A stretch of DNA of 64,000 bases, taken from Nitrospinales bacterium. GTDB lineage: Bacteria; Nitrospinota; Nitrospinia; Nitrospinales; VA-1. Both the position numbers and the translations under genes were made by a program. This document shows, one piece after another, positions 27,955 to 35,709 of the stretch. Every line of letters starts with the position of its first letter. The first letter of the stretch is position 1. The notes below the pieces were generated by a model. That model was not told where the DNA came from, did no database searches, and was given only the letters and a program-made list of their open reading frames with translations. The DNA is taken from contig OZ252246.1 in the NCBI GenBank assembly GCA_965249625.1, positions 1,854,365-1,918,364 of the forward strand, given 5' to 3'.

Positions 27955-28000
27955 GCCCACTAGGCGTGGAGACCCTTGCATAAGTTGATAAAACAGAAAA

Positions 28001-28500
28001 GCGAGATTCTTCACTACGTTCAGAATGACAATGCGACCTCGTTCAGCATGACAATACTGGGCCATTTTGTCATCCTCGAGGAACCGAAGGCGACGAAGGA
28101 TCTCGCCTTGCACTAACTTGGGGATTACCCCTTCGGGGCACGAAAGCTTGAGTGAAACATCACGTCTTCACGGAGCCTGTGCTAAGCGAAGCCGAAGCAT
28201 TCAGAATAACAATGCGACCTCGTTCAGCATGACAATACTGGGCCATTTTGTCATCCTTGAGGAGCCGAAGGCGACGAAGGATCTCGCCTTGCACTAACTT
28301 GGGGATTACCCCTTCGGGGCACGAAAGCTTGAGTGAAACATCACGTCTTCACGGAGCCTGTGCTGAGCGAAGCCGAAGCATTCAGAATGACAATGCGATC
28401 TCGTTCAGCATGACAATACTGGGCCATTTTGTCATTCTGAGGAACAAGGTGACGAAGACGTGATATTTTTCCTTAAACTTCATGCCCCTAAAGGGGTAAA
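28001..28500. repeat. mosaic repeat array A
   Basis: The array contains gtcat(t/c)ct(g/c)a-type modules in both orientations, two M1 modules at 28128..28163 and 28309..28344 (+), and one M1 at 28460..28497 (-). It lies between the convergent genes ending at 27954 and 28545. Confidence 0.85.
28019..28448. repeat. 181-bp tandem direct repeat, about 2.4 copies
   Basis: Units start near 28019, 28200 and 28381. The track ORFs 28067..28297 and 28248..28463 are offset by exactly 181 nt and give near-identical peptides (SSRNRRRRRISPCTNLGITPSGHESLSETSRLHGACA...). Confidence 0.85.
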
Positions 28501-28544
28501 ACGCTCCGCGAGCCACTAGCAGATCATACTTTGCCACCGGTGGA

Positions 28545-28928
28545 TCACCGGTTTTTATAAAGATCTCCAACACGGAAACCGCCGCGGTCTTCCTGATCAA
28601 TGCTGCTCTGGCGGGTGTCTTCCACATCGAGTTTGCCAAGAGCTTCCGACACTTCGACCTGATAGTTTTTGACCTTTCGATAAAGGGGGTGGGTAATATC
28701 GAGTTTCAGGTTGGTGAGCGCGGCAGTGAACTCGCCTTTCCCATCCGGACTCAGCTTGCAGACCAGTTCACCTGAATTGTCATCGCAGTAAACATCGATC
28801 ACTTCAAGCGGGGTTTTATTTTTGACCGGGAATCCCATTTCACGGAGCAAGGTCAACACAGCTCCGCGCCCATAAACACGAAGTGGCAGGTGCGGTAAAA
28901 GTTCATTTAACAAAGACTGTGCGCTCAA
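28545..28928 (-). CDS. hypothetical protein (127 aa)
   Basis: The ORF is non-repetitive and has a plausible composition. I recognise no motif. The start codon is uncertain (TTG in the track). Confidence 0.45.
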   Translation of the reverse strand: MSAQSLLNELLPHLPLRVYGRGAVLTLLREMGFPVKNKTPLEVIDVYCDDNSGELVCKLSPDGKGEFTAALTNLKLDITHPLYRKVKNYQVEVSEALGKLDVEDTRQSSIDQEDRGGFRVGDLYKNR

Positions 28929-29845
28929 AATCTATTCCTTTCCAAAATGAGGACCAACTATTGAATTCGACCAGTATATACGCCCACTAGGCGTGGAGCC
29001 AATGAGTAATTACCTTCTCCCAAGGGCAAAAAGTATGGGTGACTTGACGGGTTCCTGCCAATTGCCCCTGCGGCGAACAGGGGAAACATAAATGTTTAAA
29101 GGTCTTTCCCTAATTATCCGAAAATAATAATAGGCAAGTCTGCTAATAATGAGGGCACTTATCGTTTCACGTTGTTTTCAGCCTGATCCGAACTTAGATT
29201 TATTACAGTGAGTATGAGGCCAGTCTCGATGCGTCAAAATTTTGTAATAACTTGACAAACATCAATAAATTCATTAAGTAGGGAGAGAAATTATGAGGGA
29301 AATGTGTGCCTGTGAATAAAATTTTCCCGGCGGTCAATGCGGTCAATCTGGCTTTTGTCCCCACCATCGCTCTCCTTGTTACCTTGTCGGTCAAAACCTG
29401 GACCCACCCCCTTATCCATCCATGGTGGGTGGTTCCTCGCTGGTGGGATTGATGCGTACAGACACCACCGACACCACTGCAAGCATTCCTATGCTGAAAG
29501 ATCTCCCCCACAAGTAGGAAAGCTGTTTGATTCCGAAACCACCACCCCTAAAAAACGGAACTGATGATATTTATCACCCCTCACGTTATCTCGAACTCTG
29601 ATGATTCTGAGTTTGTCACCCGCGAATTCAAAAAACGTCTGCCCAACCTGAAAAACCTCGACCCCAGAAGAAGCTAGCCTCCAACCCAGGCAAAAACCCC
29701 ATAAAGTGCTTGAAATCAGGGCCAATCTCAAGCATAGTGGGTGTTCTTTTATTCTATAATTCCCTTTCGTGCACATTTGTTTCCTGGCATACACAGGGGC
29801 CATTCCAAAGGAAGCGGATTAGAGTGCCAGATTCCCAGGGTTGAA

Positions 29846-30772
29846 ATGATTAAATCCAAATTTGTGAATAGTTTAGAGTTGATCGGTGACACCCCTTTGG
29901 TTAGACTGAACAGCGTTATCCCTTCAAATGGTGCCAATATTTTCGCTAAGCTGGAATTCTTCAATCCAGGGGGCAGTGTCAAGGATCGTATCGCACTGGC
30001 TATGGTGAAAGATGCAGAAAAAAAGGGCCTGCTGAAACCCGGTTCCACGATCATTGAACCCACAAGTGGAAATACAGGGATCGGCCTCGCTCTGGTGGGT
30101 GCCATCAAGGGCTACAATGTCATACTGGTCATGTCTGAGAACATGAGCTCCGAACGAAGGATGATTCTGGAAAGTTTTGGCGCAAAAACTGAATTGAGCC
30201 GCGCCGAATTCGGGATGGAAGGCACCATCCAAAGGGCAGAAGAAATGCTGGCTGAAAATCCGGGTTATTTCATGCCCCAGCAGTTCAACAACCCCGCCAA
30301 CCCGGAAGTGCATCGGCAAACAACCGGGCCCGAAATCGTTGCCGCCATGAATGGTGAATCGGTTGACGGTTTTGTGGCCGGCATTGGAACCGGGGGAACT
30401 ATCACCGGAGTTGGGGAAGTCTTAAAACAGCATTATGAGCAGGTTAAAGTGGTGGGTGTCGAGCCGGCAACCTCGGCGGTGTTATCAGGAGAACCACCCG
30501 GTCCCCACAAAATCCAGGGAATTGGCGCAGGGTTTAAACCCAATGTCCTGAACTTTGATCTGCTGGATCGTATTTTACCCGTTTCCGATGAAGACGCCTT
30601 TCTGTTTGCCAAGAGGCTCGGGAAAGAAGAAGGTCTTCTCGCTGGCATTTCTTCCGGAGCCGCATGTTTTGCCGCCAATGAAGTGGCCAAAGAGTTAGGC
30701 CCCGACAAAAATGTGGTGGTGGTTTTACCAGATACGGGCGAACGCTATTTCAGTTTTAATCAATACTTCTAA
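29846..30772 (+). CDS. cysK: cysteine synthase A (O-acetylserine sulfhydrylase)
   Basis: I moved the start to ATG 29846 (MIKSKFVNSLELIGDTPLVRLN). The PLP-lysine motif is NPGGSVKDRIAL, followed by TSGNTGIGLA and GIGTGGTITG. Confidence 0.9.
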   Translation: MIKSKFVNSLELIGDTPLVRLNSVIPSNGANIFAKLEFFNPGGSVKDRIALAMVKDAEKKGLLKPGSTIIEPTSGNTGIGLALVGAIKGYNVILVMSENMSSERRMILESFGAKTELSRAEFGMEGTIQRAEEMLAENPGYFMPQQFNNPANPEVHRQTTGPEIVAAMNGESVDGFVAGIGTGGTITGVGEVLKQHYEQVKVVGVEPATSAVLSGEPPGPHKIQGIGAGFKPNVLNFDLLDRILPVSDEDAFLFAKRLGKEEGLLAGISSGAACFAANEVAKELGPDKNVVVVLPDTGERYFSFNQYF

Positions 30773-30821
30773 AATAGACAGGATTTTGTTTTCCTGTAAA
30801 AAAAACCAAGGGAATGTTGGA

Positions 30822-32060
30822 ATGGGTTATGTTAAAGGATTAATCTGTAAAGAATGCAAAAAAGAATACCCCAAGGACCCGATTCACGTTTGTGAATTTT
30901 GTTTTGGGCCCTTGGAAATCAATTACGATTACGAATCCATCAAAAAGGTCGTGACCAAAAAGTCTATTGAGTCCGGCCCGCCCTCCATGTGGCGCTATGA
31001 GGCCCTTTTGCCTCTGGATGAGCCCCCAAAAGTAGGTCATCACACCGGTTTCACCCCTTTAATCAGGGCAAAAAACCTGGGCAAGGCACTGGGACTGAAA
31101 CATCTTTACCTGAAAAACGACTCCGTCAATCATCCCACTTTTTCTTTCAAGGACCGGGTCGTTTCAGTGGCCGTTTCCAAGGCCATAGAGTTTGGGTTCG
31201 ACACCATCTCCTGCGCCTCAACGGGTAACCTGGCAAACTCGGTGGCCGCCCATGCGGCAGAGGCCGGCCTGAAAAGTTGCATCTTCATTCCTGATGGATT
31301 GGAAGCGGGAAAAATTCTCGGGACTTTGATTTACGGAACGCAGCTGATTGCCGTCAAAGGCAGTTATGATGACGTGAACCGGCTTTGCAGTGAAATTGGA
31401 GCCAACCATGACTGGGCCTTCGTGAATATTAACATCCGGCCTTATTATGGCGACGGGTCTAAATCTTACGGTTATGAAATTGCCGAGCAGCTGGGCTGGA
31501 AAACACCGGACAATGTTGTGGTTCCCGTGGCAGGCAGTTCGCTGATCACAAAAATATGGAAAGCTTTTCATGAGTTTGAAATGCTGGGGCTGGTCGATAA
31601 GGTACAAACCAAAATTTTTGCGGCCCAGGCCACTGGCTGTTCCCCCGTCACCACAGCCATAAAAAATGGCACTGAAAACATCATACCGGTCAAGCCGAAT
31701 ACCATTGCCAAGTCCATCGCCATTGGAAATCCGGCCGATGGATACTACGGGATCAAAACCGCAAACACCAGCGGTGGCTACGGAGAAGACATCTCTGACG
31801 AAGAGGTGGTCACTGCTATGAGACTGCTGGGCGAGACCGAAGGCATATTCACGGAAACTGCAGGAGGCGTTACTGTAGGCGTCACACAAAAACTGGTCCA
31901 GCAAGGCCGGATCAAACCGGATGAAGTGACGGTCATTTGTATTACCGGCAACGGATTAAAAACCCAGGAAGCCTTGGCAGGTTGTTTTCCAGTGCCTACG
32001 GTGATCGAACCTAAAATAGATAGTTTTGAAGAAATTTTTGCCAACGGTTTAACAGTTTAA
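30822..32060 (+). CDS. threonine synthase family PLP enzyme with N-terminal zinc ribbon (ThrC or ThrC-like)
   Basis: I moved the start to ATG 30822 (MGYVKGLICKECKKEYPKDPIHVCEFCFGPLE). The PLP-lysine motif is HPTFSFKDRVVS, followed by CASTGNLANSVAAHAA. Whether it makes threonine or acts with the adjacent sulfur carrier cannot be decided from sequence. Confidence 0.85.
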   Translation: MGYVKGLICKECKKEYPKDPIHVCEFCFGPLEINYDYESIKKVVTKKSIESGPPSMWRYEALLPLDEPPKVGHHTGFTPLIRAKNLGKALGLKHLYLKNDSVNHPTFSFKDRVVSVAVSKAIEFGFDTISCASTGNLANSVAAHAAEAGLKSCIFIPDGLEAGKILGTLIYGTQLIAVKGSYDDVNRLCSEIGANHDWAFVNINIRPYYGDGSKSYGYEIAEQLGWKTPDNVVVPVAGSSLITKIWKAFHEFEMLGLVDKVQTKIFAAQATGCSPVTTAIKNGTENIIPVKPNTIAKSIAIGNPADGYYGIKTANTSGGYGEDISDEEVVTAMRLLGETEGIFTETAGGVTVGVTQKLVQQGRIKPDEVTVICITGNGLKTQEALAGCFPVPTVIEPKIDSFEEIFANGLTV

Positions 32061-32072
32061 AAGGAGTAAAGC

Positions 32073-32354
32073 ATGGCAGTAAAAGTAAGAGTACCCACCC
32101 CGTTAATGAAGTTGACCAACAACAAGAGCGAGGTGACGGCAGAAGGTGCCACCATCAGCGAAATTCTCAACAATCTGGAGAGCCAGTTTGCTGGAATTAA
32201 AGAGCGCATCTGCGAAGAAAGCGGTGCTCCCCGGCGTTTCATTAATATCTATTTGAACGAAGAAGATATCCGGTTTCTTGAGGGCGAAAGCACCGCTGTT
32301 AAAGATGGCGATGAAATCTCCATCATACCGGCAATAGCGGGCGGCACTAAATGA
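32073..32354 (+). CDS. MoaD/ThiS-family sulfur-carrier protein, C-terminus ...AIAGG-TK
   Basis: It is a 93-aa beta-grasp-like protein ending DGDEISIIPAIAGGTK. AAGGAG lies upstream of the ATG. Its stop overlaps the next gene's start (ATGA at 32351..32354). Confidence 0.8.
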   Translation: MAVKVRVPTPLMKLTNNKSEVTAEGATISEILNNLESQFAGIKERICEESGAPRRFINIYLNEEDIRFLEGESTAVKDGDEISIIPAIAGGTK

Positions 32355-33157
32355 TCGATTTTACCGATGAGCAGATAGAGCGCTACAGCCGCCACATCAT
32401 CCTCCCTGAAGTGGGAGGTGAGGGACAAAGCCTCCTTTTAGAATCAAAAGTTCTTTTGGTGGGTGCAGGTGGGCTGGGCTCTCCTGCCGCGTTTTATCTT
32501 GCCGCCGCTGGTATCGGCAACATGGGAATCATCGACTTTGATACCGTCGACCTCAGTAATCTGCAGAGGCAGATCATCCATAATACCGAGCGTATCGGCA
32601 TGCTCAAAACCGAGTCCGCAAAAAAAACCATTTCAGCACTCAATCCTGATGTCAATGTCACAGTTTTTAATGAGAGACTGAATTCGGAAAACATCATGCG
32701 CCTGTTTGAAGGCTATGATTATATTCTTGATGGCACCGACAATTTTGCCACGCGTTATCTCATCAATGATGCCTGTGTGATGACGGGAAAAGCCAATATC
32801 CATGGCAGTATATTCCGTTTTGAAGGACAGGTAACCGTTTTCAAGCCTGACGAAGGCCCCTGCTACCGTTGCCTCTATCCGGAACCGCCCCCACCGGGTC
32901 TGGTTCCCAATTGTCAGGAAGGCGGTGTTTTGGGTGTGCTGGCAGGAGTGATCGGAAACCTGCAAGTGGTCGAGACCCTGAAACTAATTCTAGGGAAAGG
33001 AGAAACCCTGGTCGGTTCTCTGCTTATTTATGACGCACTGAAAACAGAATTCAGGAAACTGAAATTAAAGAAAGATCCGAAGTGCCCTATTTGTAGCGAC
33101 CAACCCGCGATCACCGAATTGATTGACTATGAAGAATTTTGTGGTTTGCCGCGCTGA
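32351..33157 (+). CDS. ThiF/MoeB/HesA-family E1-like adenylyltransferase (no rhodanese domain)
   Basis: RYSRHIILPEVG, the nucleotide loop VGAGGLGSPAAFYLAAAGIG, DLSNLQRQ, and the zinc pairs CYRC and CPIC. At 268 aa it has no C-terminal extension. Confidence 0.85.
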   Translation: MIDFTDEQIERYSRHIILPEVGGEGQSLLLESKVLLVGAGGLGSPAAFYLAAAGIGNMGIIDFDTVDLSNLQRQIIHNTERIGMLKTESAKKTISALNPDVNVTVFNERLNSENIMRLFEGYDYILDGTDNFATRYLINDACVMTGKANIHGSIFRFEGQVTVFKPDEGPCYRCLYPEPPPPGLVPNCQEGGVLGVLAGVIGNLQVVETLKLILGKGETLVGSLLIYDALKTEFRKLKLKKDPKCPICSDQPAITELIDYEEFCGLPR

Positions 33158-33238
33158 TAAAGAAATATAAAAAATACCGGTAATTTTTTGCATCGTACCC
33201 GGTTTAAAAGATATCTAATATCTGAAATATCAAAATCG

Positions 33239-34240
33239 ATGAAATTCCCCATTCCCTTTGAGGTTCAGGCACCAACTTGCCCTGTCATCACCAACCAATC
33301 GGTGTTGAAGGCGATCGGCAACACCCCTCTGATCCGCATTCATAACTTGGGAAAAGAGTTCAAGGATGTGGATATTTACGCCAAGGCCGAGTGGAAAAAC
33401 GCCGGCGGTTCAGTAAAATCCCGCCCTGCCCTGAGAATGATCGAAGATGGTGAAAAATCCGGCAAGCTCACCAAAGATAAAATCATCCTCGATTCCACAT
33501 CCGGCAACACCGGCATCTCCTATGCACTGATCGGCAAGGTAAAAGGCTATAAAGTCAAACTGGTCATGCCAGCGAATGTCTGCAAAGAACGCAAAGGACT
33601 CATGGCCGACTTTTACGGCGCTGAAATTGTGACCTCCAGCCCCTTTGAAGGCTCCGATGGTGCGATCATCATGGCCAAGAAAATCTATGACGAAAATCCG
33701 GATATTTACTTCATGCCGGACCAGTACAACAACGACTCCAACTGGAAAGCGCATCAGGAAACCACAACACAGGAAATTTGGAATCAGACCAATCACCGAG
33801 TCACCCATTTCCTGGCGGGTATCGGAACCGGGGGTACCATTATGGGAACCAGCCGCGGCCTGCGCCAACTGAACTCTGACATCAAATGCTACGCAGTGGA
33901 ACCGGCAGAGTCCCTGCACGGACTGGAAGGCCTCAAACATATGGAGACTTCCATCGTACCCGGAATTTATAAAGAAGAAGAACTGGATGGGAAACTCAGC
34001 ATCCCGACCGACGAAGCTTACGACATGGTTGAGGTGCTGGAAAAACAGGAAGGCATCCTGGTCGGGCATTCTTCTGCCGCCGCTATGGTGGGAGCCCTGA
34101 AACTCGCCTCACAGATTAAAAGAGGGGTGATTGTTACCGTGTTCCCCGACAGTTGTGAAAGATGTTACGTTAACTTTGGGCAATTCAAGCAGTATTACGA
34201 GACCCACTCCAGCACCAGGCGTGAGGCCAACGAGCAATAG
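33239..34240 (+). CDS. cysteine synthase B-like PLP enzyme (CysM-like)
   Basis: I moved the start to ATG 33239. Motifs are IGNTPLIRI, the PLP lysine in NAGGSVKSRPAL, TSGNTGISYA and GIGTGGTIMG. Confidence 0.85.
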   Translation: MKFPIPFEVQAPTCPVITNQSVLKAIGNTPLIRIHNLGKEFKDVDIYAKAEWKNAGGSVKSRPALRMIEDGEKSGKLTKDKIILDSTSGNTGISYALIGKVKGYKVKLVMPANVCKERKGLMADFYGAEIVTSSPFEGSDGAIIMAKKIYDENPDIYFMPDQYNNDSNWKAHQETTTQEIWNQTNHRVTHFLAGIGTGGTIMGTSRGLRQLNSDIKCYAVEPAESLHGLEGLKHMETSIVPGIYKEEELDGKLSIPTDEAYDMVEVLEKQEGILVGHSSAAAMVGALKLASQIKRGVIVTVFPDSCERCYVNFGQFKQYYETHSSTRREANEQ

Positions 34241-34328
34241 CTCTATTTGGCGAGCAAGAGGTATGGGGCTTGACAAGCCTTTGCTATCTGCCTTCCCTGC
34301 CAAGGGGCGGCGAGTGGATCGATCAACC

Positions 34329-34656
34329 ATGCCACCTTTTGAAAAACATATTTTCATCTGTACCAACGAAAGAAAAGCCGATGATGCCAGAGGCTGTTGT
34401 CACGCACGCGGTTCCCAAGAGCTTCTAGATCACATGAAAAGCCGTGTCCACGAACTGGGGGCTGAAAGGGAAAGTGCGGGTTAACAAAGCCGGGTGTCTG
34501 GATGCCTGCGCCCAAGGGCCATCCATGGTGGTTTATCCCGATGATGTCTGGTATTCCCCGAAGACGAAAGAAGACATGGAAGAAATCCTCACCGAACATA
34601 TCCAGAACGACCGCCCCGTTGACCGGCTAACCCTTTCCTTTAAGGCAAAAAGCTAA
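34329..34656 (+). pseudogene. thioredoxin-like [2Fe-2S] ferredoxin, +1 frameshift in a G5 run
   Basis: MPPFEKHIFICTNERKADDARGCCHARGSQELLDHMKSRVHELG (frame of ORF 34131..) continues as LKGKVRVNKAGCLDACAQGPSMVVYPDDVWY (frame of ORF 34444..). The switch is at ctgggggctg near 34456..34465, and one G fewer would restore a single frame. Confidence 0.7.
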
Positions 34657-34663
34657 AACTCTG
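34561..34663 (+). repeat. direct repeat R1 (3' end of ferredoxin gene)
   Basis: aagacgaaagaagacatggaagaaatcctcaccgaacatatccagaacgaccgccccgttgaccggcta...aaaagctaaaactctg recurs at 35398..35500 with a few substitutions and one small indel. Confidence 0.85.
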
Positions 34664-34860
34664 ATCGCTTGAAAATCAAGACAAAATCATGCGACATTTA
34701 GGGTAATCCTGGTCTTTGAATTTGGGTTAGCTGATTTCCAGTCTCAATACCACACAAAATCTGTACGGCACGGGGTTAGTGTCGGGCATCCGGCACCCCT
34801 TGCTTTTTTTTTCTGACACGCTAAACTGGGGGCAACAATAACTTTACGGGTACGCACACA

Positions 34861-35115
34861 ATGTCAAAAGTTATTCATACAAAAAAAAGCCAATTGCCTC
34901 CCGAATGGCAAGAGGGTATTTCTGCTGATCCGGACGAAATACTTGAGGTGCGGATTTTAACCAAGCAAGAAGCGGAAAATGATATGCCTCCGGAGGAGAA
35001 TTTTCGCCCGGAGTTTATTGAGGAAATGAAGCAGGATGATGAAGATTATAAGGCAGGAAAGTACACGGAGTACGAAAGCAGTAAGGAAATGTTTAAGGAT
35101 ATGTTTAGTAAATAA
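34861..35115 (+). CDS. putative antitoxin (acidic, 84 aa) of a RelE-type module
   Basis: Its stop lies 6 nt before the toxin ATG. The C-terminus is acidic (PEFIEEMKQDDEDYKAGKYTEYESSKEMFKDM). The assignment rests on gene position only. Confidence 0.45.
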   Translation: MSKVIHTKKSQLPPEWQEGISADPDEILEVRILTKQEAENDMPPEENFRPEFIEEMKQDDEDYKAGKYTEYESSKEMFKDMFSK

Positions 35116-35121
35116 AAATCC

Positions 35122-35378
35122 ATGTATCGGAGACAGCTTACTGAAAATTTCAAAAAAGATACAAAAAAATAAAAGAAAATTCCCTCCTCGGCAAACGGCT
35201 CCAAAAAAAGATGGTGGAAATTTTAGAAAACCCCCACCACTATAAACCCCTACGAAATGTTTTGAAAAATCGTTGGCGAGTGCATATCGATAGCTTCGTG
35301 TTGATTTTTGAATTAAATGAAGTGGAGAGGGTTGTTATCTTCCGACAATTTAAGCACCACGATAACGCATACGAATAA
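35122..35378 (+). pseudogene. RelE/ParE-superfamily toxin, frameshift in an A7 run
   Basis: My own translation gives MYRRQLTENFKKDTKK from ATG 35122. After a -1 shift in acaaaaaaat (about 35159..35168) it continues KENSLLGKRLQKKMVEILENPHHYKPLRNVLKNRWRVHIDSFVLIFELNEVERVVIFRQFKHHDNAYE, a typical RelE core pattern. Confidence 0.6.
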
Positions 35379-35397
35379 AACCTCATCAGACAAGTGG

Positions 35398-35500
35398 AAA
35401 AAGACGGAAGACATGGAAGAAATCCTCACCGAACATATCCAGAACAACCGCCCCGTTGACCGGCTAATCATTCCTTTCAAGCCCAAAAGCTAAAACTCTG
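35398..35500 (+). repeat. direct repeat R2 (orphan copy of ferredoxin gene 3' end)
   Basis: It encodes KTEDMEEILTEHIQNNRPVDRLIIPFKPKS plus a stop, against KTKEDMEEILTEHIQNDRPVDRLTLSFKAKS in the gene copy. It is followed by a weak hairpin plus T-run (ggggattaggttttaaccccctcttttt). Confidence 0.85.
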
Positions 35501-35709
35501 GCCGCCAAGGGGATTAGGTTTTAACCCCCTCTTTTTAAAGACTCAAGCCCGATCATTTGAGGGGTTGATGCTGGGGTGATTTATCTTCAGGTCTACCATA
35601 GGTTTATAGTTGCAGGTAAATCAGGGTGGGAGGAATTACCAATGTTCTTCCTGTCCCCTTTGACACGCTCCCTGAACCATTACAACTTGTTAAAATTAAT
35701 GGCAATAGA

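Noticed and set aside
28067-28463. ORFs 28067..28297 and 28248..28463 (SSRNRRRRRISPCTNLGITPSGHES...)
   Set aside because: They are the 181-bp tandem repeat read through in one frame. They overlap each other and the repeat modules and show no coding signature.
31218-34069. Long minus-strand ORFs 31218..31904 (228 aa) and 33410..34069 (219 aa)
   Set aside because: They are antisense to the well-supported ThrC-like and CysM-like genes.
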